Of a stretch of 64,000 nt of DNA, positions 21,003 through 34,094 are shown in pieces (positions within the stretch are counted from its first letter, which is position 1; every line of letters begins with the position of its first letter). Origin of the DNA: Salisapilia sapeloensis CBS 127946 (Eukaryota > Protista > Oomycota); contig JAADVB010000054.1 of NCBI GenBank assembly GCA_023334545.1, positions 24,063 through 88,062 of the forward strand. The letters run 5' to 3'. The notes below the pieces were generated by a model. The model saw only the letters and a program-made list of their open reading frames with translations. It was not told the origin of the DNA and searched no databases. A program made the position numbers and the translations under genes.

Positions 21003-24000
21003 ATGAGTGATGAGAGCAAGGCAGAAGCAAAGAAGCGTGAGGTATGTTGATGTCTTCTATAATTTTGATCGTATCGTTTCTCAGCAGTTGCAAAACGATC
21101 TTACTGTGATGTGCTTATAGGCGAAAGATTTGAGTCCCCGCCGCCTCCCTCCCTCAACAAGTCCATCTAAAGCTGCACTTCGATCACCTACTCGAATTCT
21201 GAATTTCGAACAGGGCGGTACTAGGTCGATCGCCCGAACATTGCAAAGCGAAGCGTTGGCTCATCATATAAATTCCCCTGTTGGATTTTCTGTCTCTGAT
21301 GGGGAAGCACTTGTCGAAGTAAAAGCACCGCTGCGTGAGGTTGGTACAATCGACCCCAAAGTCTTTGTACCGTACGAACGTGTCGCCGGGTTTCCACCTC
21401 GACAGGTGGAAGTAGAGCGCAAGAAGAGACTTTATGCCTCTGTCAATGTCGACGCACTCATGAAAGAACGGATGTCCATTTTTACTAACTCGCCAGCATA
21501 TCAACGTATTGCTCGAGATACAAGTGGGATAGCAGAACAAACTTTAAATAGCTTACCATTGCACTGGTTTGACGATACCACATACGAGGTTCATTTGCCA
21601 GAAGAGTGGGTTCGATTGGGTAAGCGTAATGATGGGAGTGTATGGATACCGGCAACGGCTCGATATACTTCTAAACATCTCGAAAATGATGCCTGGTGTG
21701 AAGCACATGTATCGGGCTACAGTAAAGTTACTGGTGACTTTACTGTTGTTTTCATGCGTCACAAAAATGAAGAGGTACAAACTCTCAAGCGTATAGACAT
21801 TTGCTTCAAGTCAGAGGACCCCAAAAATTATGCAGACAGGTATATGGCTGCTCAGCATTCCCGACTAAGAGTGCAAAATTGCTTGCTACAAAGCTTTTAT
21901 ATCGATTGCATGCCGATAGAAGAGTTACACAAGGTAGGAAATGAAGGATTAAGTAAAATGACACGCTTGGCGATCGCCCCTCTTGTGAGTAAGGGCATTC
22001 GGGTTCCTGATACAACGCGAGTGACACAGGAGATTCAGCTGGACTACCTCCGTGCCATGAACAGAGTTATATTCCATCATCACCGACATGCCAATCGAAA
22101 CACTGAAGTTTTTGCGCAATTTATGCATCCTGACGAAGAACTTCCTGTCGGGCCTTGCCATCGTGTGGTGGTCCGATCCGCGCGAGGAGAAAAAGAGGTA
22201 GTTCCTGCTTTAGATTACGCAGACCAGTACATCGCGTTTTCGTTCCAGACCTTTTTGACTTCACCGGAAGCATTGGCTGCACTAATTAAGGTCAATGATG
22301 AGTGTTTCCGCCTTCAACATTTGGAGCTATTCAATGTCAAGTCTGGTGGGAAGAGCACGAAGTTGGAAGACTTTATGCAGCGACAATCGACACTTGAAAG
22401 GCAAGTTCTAAAAGCTGTGAAGGAAGATTGGCCCAATAAGATTACTTCCCATATTCGGTCTTCTTTGTCCGGTGTCGGTAAAGGATGGTACTATCTACAG
22501 GAGACGCAACAAGATACTTATGAATTCAGTAAGCTACGTGCTCTGCTTAAGCGTGTCAATTTTGCCATGAAAGACTCTTTGCGGTTCTTAACTGAGTCTT
22601 CATTGTACCAGTTTCGAGATTACATTCAGCATGCTGCTAGCGGTGACATTCACATTCAAGACACACGAAATGCAATCGTGTCATATCCAGACTTGCGACG
22701 GATTGATCTCGGTGAGATCAAATGGCGCTACATGTGTGAAGAGCGACAGAATGAAGATCCGTTAGCACTATTTATGGTTCATCTGAGCGTGACGAGCGAA
22801 AAGGTTGTCATCAATCAAACTGAAGTCGATTCAACCGCTGCAAAAATTGCTGCGTGGAAACCCAAAGACCCTGAAGATGCTTCCGAAGTATGTCCTCATC
22901 ATCCCGTGGAACCCATGTTGGGTAACGTGTTTGGGTATAACACAAGCATGTCAACTTTTAAAGACGCAATTCGCAGTATTCCAATCAAGATGCTGGAGAC
23001 GCTGAAGGGGATTCCTCAAATTGAGCCTGCTGTCATGAACAAACTGTTTTGGAGCAGTCGTCCGTCGATTCCATCCGTTGGAGCTACGGAAACTTGGGTC
23101 GTCCAGGTCAAAGAAGAAATTGAAAATTTTATGGACAAAGCGGCGAAGCCTCTACAACAGTACCTGGCACATTATGACAAGTACATTCTCTTTTTAAACG
23201 AAGATGAGGATAAATATGTCGCTGATATCGCCGCTCAACAGCCGCCCAACTTGCAGCGTATGCAAGATTCCATCAAGGATCACTTCCAAGGTGCAATAAA
23301 TATCGAAGAAGATATACCAGAAACACTTGTCGAGTTAGGAATGTACTCTGTCAATTGCATTGACATTCGGAAGCGCTTAGCTGAAAAGCATCGCCGAATA
23401 GCACAAAAGCTTTTGGATGTGCAACTACAGAATTGCTTAGCTCTAGCTAGAAGCTTATTGGAGAACTTTGCAGCGATTGATCGACAGCTCCAACGTGTAC
23501 CAGAGAACATTGAAGAGGTCTGTGAGATGGAGGCGTATGTTGAGAGTGTTCCGAACCATCTAGCTCCGCTGCTGACCCAGTCGCAGCAGCTTGTGCGCTT
23601 TCGAGCGTTGTTGGACCAGTTTCAATTCAGCTACGACCGAGATGACTTCTTTACGATTTGGAAGGTCCGACAATGTCCAAATCACACGAATGAGTTGGTA
23701 AAGAAGATGAATATTATTCTTCAAACGCAACGAAGTCAGTATTTCACGAATATGCGTGATGATCAGGAAGACTTTGCGGAGCACCTCCGTGTGTTATATA
23801 ATGAGGTCGATGGGTTTCGACAGTATTCAGACATTGCACGAGTTGACCAAGTGTACAAGTATGTACAGAACATTGAGCACAAGATCATGAAGGCGGAAGA
23901 AGATGCTCGTTTGTTTAATTCTCGTGAAGCGCTTTTCGACCAAGAGGTTACAGACTATGACGAAATTCAAAAAATTCGTCGCGACTTTGAACCATATTCA

Positions 24001-27000
24001 CTTCTCTGGAAAACAGCGCATAGTTGGATGAAAGAGTATGGAAAGTATATGGATGGTGCCTTCCTTGATATTGACGGTGAAGAAATCGAAACATTCGTCG
24101 AGTCGAATTGGAGCTCTATTCAAAAGGCATTGAAGCAGTTTGATAAGCTTGGATTGAAAGGATGTACGGACATTGCAAGTTCTATCAGGGATGAGATTGC
24201 CGCCTTTCGTCCTCATGTTCCCTTGATTTTGTCACTTCGCAATCCAGGCATGCAAGAACGTCATTGGAATGACATGAACCAGCAAATACAAATGAATTTC
24301 CGTCCAGATCGAGGCATGAAACTTAGCTACGTTTTGGAATTGGGTCTCGAAAAGCATTTGGAAACGATCACGCATATCTGTGAAAAAGCTGGTAAAGAAT
24401 ATCAGATCGAGAAGACATTAAACCTCATGGAGGAACAGTGGAAAGCCATACAGCTGACAGTAGTGGACTATCGGGAAACGGAGACGTTTGTTTTGAAAAG
24501 TGTCGATGAGATCCAAGCATTGCTGGATGAACAAATTACGACTACGCAAACGATGCAGTTTTCTGCTTTTAAAAAACCATTTGAAGAACGGATTACTCGA
24601 TGGGAGCGGACACTAACGACTGTTTCCGATGTCTTGGATGAATGGATTCAAGTGCAGCGTAGTTGGTTGTACTTGCAACCAATTTTTGATTCACCAGATA
24701 TCAACAAGCAGCTTCCAACAGAAGGTAAACGCTTTGCCACTGTCGACAAGAATTGGCGCCAAACGCTAGCAGCGGCCAAGGCGAAGCCTGGTGCTATTGC
24801 TTTTTGCAATAATGATAAACTGTTAGCTAGGTTCCAGGAGAGCAATCATTTCCTGGAACAGGTACAAAAAGGTTTGAGCGATTTCCTCGAAACCAAGCGT
24901 TCTGCGTTCAGTCGTTTCTACTTCTTGTCCAATGAAGAGTTGCTATCTATTCTGTCCGAGAGTAAAGATGTCAAGTTAGTTCAACCGCATCTAAAGAAAT
25001 GTTTCGAAGGCATCGTTTCTGTCGAGTTCCAGGCTGACTTGACGATTACTGCGATGATATCGGCTGAAGGCGAAAAGGTATTGATGGAGACGCCAGTGAA
25101 CCCAGTTGGTAAGAACGTGGAGCATTGGATGACAGAAGTGGAAGATATGATGCGTATATCTATCCGTGATGTGATGTGGAGATCTATCGAGGACTATATC
25201 AAGATATCTCGCACAAAGTGGATTCAAAAATGGCCTGGTATGTGTGTACTAAACGGCAGTCAATTCCACTGGACAAGAGAGATGGAGGAGGAGATGCAAG
25301 CGGCTGGAAACAAAGGTGTTAAAAAGATGATGGAAAGACAGCTTTCACAACTTGCTGACATGGTCAAAATGGTTCGTGGACCGCTCGATAAACTCGCACG
25401 TGTGAGCGTAGGTGCTTTGACGGTCATTGACGTGCACGCTCGAGATGTGACAGCTCGACTCGTCGATCATGGTGTAAGTACGAAAGAAGACTTTATGTGG
25501 TCCAGCCAGCTTCGATATTACTGGGTGGATGATCTATTTGCCGACATGGTCAGTGCACGTCGTCCATATGGATACGAGTATCTCGGTAACTCCTTCCGAC
25601 TGGTGATCACGCCGCTAACAGACAAGTGCTATATGACGCTAATGGCGGCCTTGCAGATGATCCTTGGTGGTGCTCCGGCTGGCCCGGCCGGAACAGGGAA
25701 AACGGAAACAACGAAAGATCTTGCAAAAGCCCTTGCAAAGCAGTGTGTTGTGTTCAACTGCTCTGATGGTCTAGATTACATTGCGATGGGGAAATTCTTT
25801 AAAGGACTTGCTTCCTGTGGCGCATGGGCATGTTTCGATGAGTTCAATCGTATCAATATCGAAGTGCTGTCTGTGATCGGGCAGCAAATTACCACACTAC
25901 AACTCGCCATTCGAGCTGGCGAAAAACGAATTGTCTTTGAAGGGTCCGACATTGCCGTTAATCCTCAGTTTGGTGTTTTTATTACGATGAATCCTGGGTA
26001 TGCTGGACGATCTGAACTGCCTGATTCGCTTGCCGCACTCTTCCGACCTGTAGCAATGATGGTGCCGGACTATGCCATGATCGGAGAGATCATGTTCTTT
26101 GCTTACGGTTATGAAAAGGCAAAGCAGTGTGGAGCGAAGATGGTGACCACTTTCAAACTCTGCTCCGAGCAGCTAAGTTCCCAGTCGCACTATGACTACG
26201 GCATGCGTGCCGTAAAGACTGTAATTACTGCTGCAGGAAACTACAAACGATCAGACCCGGATATTGATGAAGAAGTGCTCTTGCTACGAGCGCTTCAGGA
26301 TGTGAATTTGCCTAAATTCCTTGCTCATGACTTACCATTGTTCGCAGGTATTATAAACGATCTCTTCCCAGGTAAGAGTCGACCACAATTGAACTTAGGC
26401 TCGCTCAATCGTGTCATCAAGCTTACCATTGAGAAGCAAAACCTTCAAGTGCATCCGTTCTTCTTTATGAAGGTTGTTCAGCTGTACGAGACGCTTTGTG
26501 TTCGACATGGACTCATGCTCGTTGGAGCTACAGGTGGTGGAAAGTCTGCGAACTTAAGCGTACTGGCAGAAGCGTTGACGCAATTGAAGGAAATGGGGGA
26601 GACTGGACCTGCTTTTGAGCGCGTTCATCGCTTCCAGCTCAATCCCAAGTCAATTACGATGGGCCAGTTATATGGCGAATTTGATATGAACACACACGAG
26701 TGGCAAGATGGCATATTGTCCACTCTATATCGTGAAGCAGCGAGTGATCCAAGCCCAGATCGTAAATGGGTTATCTTTGATGGACCTGTCGATGCCATCT
26801 GGATCGAAAACATGAACACAGTGCTCGATGACAACAAGAAGTTATGCTTAGCGAGCGGAGAAATTATCCAGATGTCCAATGAGATGACGATGATGTTTGA
26901 GGTCGAAGATCTATCGGTGGCTTCTCCTGCTACTGTCAGCCGAACAGGAATGGTGTACATGGAGCCTGCGTCTCTCGGATTTGATCCTTTGATTCAAAGC

Positions 27001-30000
27001 TGGATGGATAAACTAGAAAAGGAGCTCGGTGGCGTAGAGGCGACTGGAAATCAAGGTGTGGACCCGTGGAATGAAAACTTGTATCGGCTTTTCGATATAT
27101 ACTTGAGACCAGCGCAACAGTTCGTGGTTCAGTACGTTAAAGAGTGGCTGCCCCAAATTCCTCCAAACCTTGTCCAGAGCCTACTTCGGCTTATCGACTG
27201 CTTTTTGGCACCGATTAAACTAGTGGAAAAGAAAGATGCAAAGCAAGAGCTTATTAAACGATTTGCACGAAACGTTGAGAGTATCTTTCTCTTTTGTCTA
27301 GTGTGGTCCGTCGGTGCCACAGGAAATGATGCTGGACGTGCTCGTTTCGATGCATATTTACGCGGAGAAATACACGCATACGGTGTCCAAAAGCCATTTC
27401 CAACCAAGGGAACTGTGTATGATTATCTGTTTGACCAAGAAACTGAGGAGTGGATTCCGTGGCTAGAAACCATTGGCAAGTACACTATTGATAACAACGC
27501 CTCATTCTCCGAAATTGTGGTACCTACAAGCGACTCGGTGCAAGCGTCTTTCATCATGGACTTGGCTCTAACCCAAGGTGTTCACATGCTCATTGTGGGA
27601 CCCACCGGTACTGGTAAGACAGTGAACATCAATCAGTTTCTAGAGCATTCGGATCCAGATCACTTCATTCCACTTAATATGTCGTTTTCTGCTCAATCAA
27701 GTGCAAACCAAACGCAAGACTTTATTGATTCAAAGATGGAGAAACGCCGGAAGGGTGTCTTTGGTCCAGCTGCTGGAAAGAAATTTATCATTTACGTCGA
27801 TGACTTAAATATGCCGAAGCAAGAGGAGTACTTTGCCCAGCCACCGATTGAAATCTTACGTCAATGGTTTGACCAAGGAGGTTGGTATGATCGAAAGCTC
27901 TTAACGTTCCGATCGATTATCGACGTTGTCTTCATATGCTCTATGGGTCCACCAGGAGGAGGTAGAAACCCGATTACACCCCGTTTTGTTCGCCATTTTA
28001 ATATCATGGGCTACACGGAGATGTCGGACGCGAACAAAGCGATTGTCTTTGAAACGATACTGACCAACTTCCTCTCTAAATTCCCAGATGAACTCAAGTC
28101 GAAGAATATTGCTAAACAATTTGTAGCTAGTACGATCCAAATCTACAATACGGTAATTGCTGAGTTGCTCCCGACACCGGCGAAATCGCATTATACATTC
28201 AATCTTCGCGACCTTGCAAAGGTATTCCAAGGTATGCTTATGGGTGATCCCAAGCGCATCACCAAACTGGACCAGTTTATCCGCCTGTGGATTCATGAAA
28301 ACATGCGCGTCTTTGAAGATCGTTTCACAACGGTGGAGGATCACGAGTGGTTCCAAGACCTATTGAAGACCCAAGTTACATCGGCCTTTGGGCAAGCGCT
28401 AGGTGTGCCCAATATCACTTCTCGATTCAAGCCTGACAAAGAGTCAAAAGAAGCAGTTTGGAACATGGTGCACCCGATGCAGACACTCTTCTTTGGAGAT
28501 TACATGATACCAGGAGCAGATCCGAAAGTGTACGATGAGATAGTCGATGTGGAAAAACTCCAAGCGCAAGTAGAGGAATACTTGGGTGATTACAATGCTG
28601 AAACGAATGCGCCAATGAACTTGGTAATGTTTATGAATGCCATTCAGCACGTGTCTCGCATCTCACGTGTGATCCGACAACCTCAAGGAAACGCCTTGTT
28701 ACTAGGTGTCGGTGGAAGTGGCCGACAGTCTTTAACTCGGTTGGCTGCATACATGGCAGAATACTCTTGTACTCAGATTGAGATTACCAAGGGATATGGT
28801 GTCACAGAGTGGCGTGAAGACTTGCGCAAATGCCTCATGAAAGCTGGTATTGATGAGAAGGCAACTGTCTTCCTCTTTTCAGACGTACAGATCGTAAATG
28901 ACGTGATGCTGGAGGATATTAACAATATCTTGAACAGCGGAGACGTCCCAAATCTGTATGGCCCAGAGGAGCTCGATCAAATTGCGACGCACTGCAGACC
29001 TATATGCGTCAAAAAGCGTCTCCAGCCGACGAAACTAAACATGTTTGCACAGTATCTCTTGCTCGTGCGACAGAACTTGCATCTTGTCCTGTGCATGAGT
29101 CCACTCGGTTCACTCTTCCGCGACCGCATTCGCATGTTTCCGTCTCTCGTCAATTGCTGTACCATCGATTGGTTTACAGAGTGGCCAGCAGAAGCATTGC
29201 AGTCCGTGGCAGCGAGAGCATTGACAGCAGGAGATTTCCAACTTTCACCACCACCGGAATCGACTGGAGATAAGGAAACATCAAGTAGCGCACAAGCGGT
29301 GGATACTAATGCAGTTGTAAGTATCTTCCAAAAGATACATCAAAGCGTCGAGCATGCTTCGGTTCAGTTTTATGAAAACCTTCGTCGATATAATTACGTG
29401 ACGCCGACGAGTTACTTGGAGCTATTGCATACGTTTAAGACTGTATTGCTTGCCAAGAGAGAAGATGTATACTCTAAGCGCAGTCGCCTGCAGAATGGTG
29501 TTGATAAAATCACAGCGACAAAGTCACAGGTTGCTGGGATGCAGGAACAGTTGGTTGCTCTCAAACCACAGCTCGAGAAGACACAGATCGAAGTAGAGGA
29601 GATGATGAAGCAGATTACACTGGACAAAAAGGATGCAGATGAAACGAAGGCAGTGGTGGAGAAGGAGGAGCAAGTGGCGAACACCAAGGCAGCAGCAACG
29701 AAAGAGATTGCAGATGACGCTCAACGAGATTTGGACGAGGCATTGCCAGCACTCGATGCTGCTGTCCAATGTTTGAATAAGCTGAAAAAGTCAGATATCG
29801 ACGAAGTGAAAGCCCTAAAGAATCCTCCTCATGGTGTAAAGCTGACGATGGAAGCGGCTTGTATCATCTTTAACATCAAACCGACAATGAAGGTAGATCC
29901 GGACAAACCTGGCCAGAAGATGAAAGATTACTGGGAGAGTGCGCAGAAGACGATATTGGGAAATGCAAAGAAGCTCATGGAGGACATGGTTAAGTTTGAC

Positions 30001-33000
30001 AAGGACAACATCGATGATAAGATCATCCAACAGCTTGATCCTTACATTGAGTTAGAGGAATTCCTCCCGGCTGCCGTACGGAAGGCTAGCGTCGCATGTG
30101 AAGCTATTTGCATGTGGGTGCGTGCTATGCATACGTATCACAACATCGCCAAGATGGTCGAGCCGAAGAAGAAAGCACTAGCCGAAGCGCAAGCAGAGTT
30201 GGATGTTACCATGGGTGTTCTCGCGGACGCGAAAAACAGGCTACAAGGTGTTGTGAACAAACTTGCAGAGCTTGAAGCCAACTACAATGCTGCGGTGGAA
30301 AAGAAAGATCAATTGGTGCAAGATGTCCAGCAATGTGAGATTCGACTGGAGTCAGCTTTGAAGCTCATTGGATTGCTTGGAGGAGAGGAGACTCGATGGG
30401 CAGCTACCATTCGCCAGCTTGACGATGACGTTGCGAATCTCGTTGGTGATGTTGTCATCTCGGCTGGAACTATTAGCTACCTAGGTGCTTTTACAAGTGA
30501 GATTCGTGAAGATTGTGTTGCCGAATGGTACGCCGGATTAAGTGACCTCCATATTGTTCATACACCAGGCTGCAATGTGATTACCACACTTGCAAATCCT
30601 GTGACAGTTCGTGGATGGCAGATTGCAGGTTTGCCCACTGACATGCTGTCTGTTCAAAATGGTATCATGATCGAACGAGCACGACGTTGGTCCTTGCTCA
30701 TTGATCCACAAGGACAAGCTAATCGGTTTGTAAAGAACTTGGGAAAAGATGCTTCCGAAAATGGTATCGATGTCATTAAACTGACTGATAAAGGCTTCTT
30801 AAAGACATTGGAGAATGGTATTCGATTCGGCAAGTGGATTTTACTCGAGAATATTGGCGAGACTTTGGACGCAACGCTAGAACCTGTGCTACTACAGAGT
30901 AAATTCAAGCAGGGCGGTCAAGTTATGATGAAGCTGGGAGACACGACTGTGCCATACAATCCAACTTTTCGTTTTTTCATGACGACCAAATTACCAAATC
31001 CTCATTATCCACCCGAGACGTCTGTCAAGGTTACGCTTGTCAACTTTACTATCACACCAAAAGGCTTGGAAGATCAGGCTTTGGATGTTGTGGTACAGGA
31101 AGAGATGCCAGAATTGGCGGAGAAGAAGAACTCATTGGTCGTGTCCAATGCACGAATGAAAGCTGAGCTTGTGGAAATTGAAAACAAAATACTGTACATG
31201 CTGGCTAACTCCAAGGGCAACATCCTAGATGATACAGAACTCATTAACACTCTGGGTAAGGCCAAGGTCACTTCGGAAGACATTAATGAAAAGATGGCCG
31301 AGGCCGAGGTTACTGAAAGAGCAATCGATGAGTCTCGAGAAGGCTACCGTAGTGTAGCGTTCCGAGCGTCCTTGCTGTTCTTCTGTATTGCAGATTTGGC
31401 TATGGTAGATCCTATGTACCAATATTCCTTGCCTTGGTTCGTCTCGCTCTTTATTAAGAGTATCAATAATGCACAGGAGAGTGAGGAACTGGAAGAGAGG
31501 CTACTAAACTTGATGGACTCTGCGACATACTCGCTCTATCGCAATATCTGTCGGTCTCTCTTCGAAGAACACAAGCTCCTCTTCTCTTTCTTACTCACAA
31601 TTAAGCTACTACAAGGAGATGGAAAGATTGATAATTTGGAATGGAGGTTTTTGATTTCAGGATCGACGATCAAGGCTCTAGACGTGTCGAACCCCGATAT
31701 TACATGGATCGAGGATCGCATGTGGCGAGAAGTTTGCGCTCTATCGACATTGCCAGCGTTTGAAGCACTTGCTGGTAGCATGCAAAACGATACGATAATG
31801 TGGCGAAAAATCTTTGACTCTGCTGATCCGCATCTTGAACCGTTACCAGATGCCGACTTGGAGCTTGGTCTGAACAGTTTCCAAAAGCTTTGTGTCCTTC
31901 GTTGCATTCGACCGGATCGAATGACTGAAGCTATTCAAAACTTTGTCGTGGAGCATGTAGGTCAGCGATTTATTGAACCACCGCCATTCGACTTGGCAGG
32001 ATCCTTTGTGGACTCTACCTCTATAACACCGATTATTTTTGTCCTTTCGACCGGTTCTGATCCCGCTAAGGAGCTACTAAGCTTTGCCGAAACGATGAAG
32101 ATGAACCGAAAACTGAATTCAATTTCCTTAGGTCAGGGACAGGGCGTGTTGGCAGCAAAGATGATCCAGGAAGGCGCAACTAGTGGCAAATGGGTATTGC
32201 TACAGAACTGTCATCTAGCTATTAGTTGGATGCCGCAACTGGAGCGTATCTGCGACGAGTTTAATGCTGACACCATCCATCGAGACTTTCGTTTGTGGCT
32301 AACTAGTCGACCTTCGAGCTTCTTCCCGACTTCGGTTTTACAAAACGGAGTCAAAATGACCAAGGAGCCTCCCAAAGGAGTGCGAGCCAACTTGAAAAGC
32401 TCGTACATTAAGCTTTCGAATGCCAGTTTAGATGCAACATCTAAGCCAGAGCAGTTCCAAAAGCTCTTGTTCGGATTAAGTTTCTTCCATGCCATCGTGA
32501 TTGAGCGCAAGCGATTTGGTCCACTTGGCTGGAACATCCCGTATGCATTTAATGACACGGACTACGACATCAGTCGAGCACAGCTTGAAATGTTCTTGGA
32601 CTTTTATGATGAAGTGCCGTATCAAGTACTTCGTGTGATGACTGCAGTGGTGAATTACGGTGGACGAGTGACGGATGATAAGGACATGCGGACGATTGAT
32701 GTCATCTTGGAAGGTTTCTTCAACCCCGGGATCCTCGAACCAAATTACCAATTCTCATCTAGTGGAACGTACTACTCTCCAAATGTTGACCCGAATGATC
32801 CGCATGGAAGCTACCTGAGCTACATTGAATCCTTGCCGCTGAATCCTGAGCCTGAAGTCTTTGGCATGCATGACAACGCAAACATTACGTGTGCCTTAGC
32901 TGAGACGTTCAACATGTTCGATATCATTTTGGCGCTTCAACCTCGAGTGTCAACTGGAGCTGGACAGTCGAGAGAAAGTATCATCGAGGAACAGGCCAAG

Positions 33001-33879
33001 TCAATTGAAAATCGACTTCCGCCTTTGTTTGATATTGAAGCGGTTAGTGTCAAGTACCCAGTTATGTATGAAGAATCCATGAACACTGTGCTGGTGCAGG
33101 AGTTACAGCGCTACAATAGTCTCTTGTCCGTGATGAAAGTGTCTCTACCGAATCTGCAAAAGGCATTGAAAGGTCTCGTAGTCATGTCATCAGAATTGGA
33201 GACCATGGCCAACTGCCTATTCAACCAAAAGGTGCCTCCGCAGTGGGAGAAGAAGGCATATCCTTCTTTAAAAGCACTAAGCTCGTGGACGGACGATCTG
33301 CTGGAACGAGTGAAATTCTTGACGGCATGGGTGGAAGATGGTATTCCGACAGTCTTCCTCCTATCGGGATTTTTCTTCCCACAAGGTTTCCTGACGGGCA
33401 TCCAACAAAACCATGCTCGTCGGTTCCACTTACCCATCGATTCGCTCTCGTTTGATTTTATCATGAAACCGGAAGCGCCAGAGCAACTGACTAGTAAACC
33501 TGAGCAAGGTGGATGCTACACATATGGTCTCTTTATCGAAGGAGCAAGATGGGATCGAGGTGCCCACTCACTCGTAGATCCACTACCTAAAGAGCTATTC
33601 GCTAGGATGCCTGTCATCCATTTGCTTCCTGTGGAAGACAGGAAAGCACCACAGACTGGTATCTACAGATGTCCAGTGTATAAGATCCTGACGAGGACAG
33701 GTACATTATCCACGACCGGACATTCGACAAACTTTGTCTTTTGGATTGAGATCCCGAGCAACAAGCGTACCATCTTCCGTAACTCTCTAGTGTCGGAAAC
33801 AAACCAGCAAATCCAATTTGCTGACCAAGACTACTGGATCAAAGCTGGCGTAGCTTGCTTCCTCTCGCTACGATACTAG
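21003..33879 (+). CDS. DNAH1: Axonemal inner-arm dynein heavy chain (DNAH1/DHC2-like), about 4265 aa, two exons
   Basis: P-loops GPAGTGKT, GATGGGKS, GPTGTGKT and GVGGSGRQ; CFDEFNRI; stalk; C-terminal STTGHSTNFV. Exon 1 (MSDESKAEAKKRE, 21003-21041) joins in frame via the intron 21042-21120. The paralogue call rests on the N-terminal PPRQVEVERKKRLY motif and the single-headed architecture. Confidence 0.95.
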
Positions 33880-34094
33880 ACTCCTGATAAGACTTTATAA
33901 AGTACTATGAATATATATAAAAACTTCCATGATGAAAATGTCTAAAGGATTTTATGCCTACTGATCCAAGTAGGAGAACAAGCATACGATAAACAGAACA
34001 AGATATGACAATAAGAGTCAGAAACTATGCACAGCGTTCCACTTTCGTTCTATCCTACCTTCCTCGCTGCAGTTCCTTGGAAAAAATGGTACCC

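Noticed and set aside
21184-32751. Many 60-150-aa antisense ORFs within the dynein gene
   Set aside because: Expected by chance opposite a 12.7-kb exon; none shows a motif.
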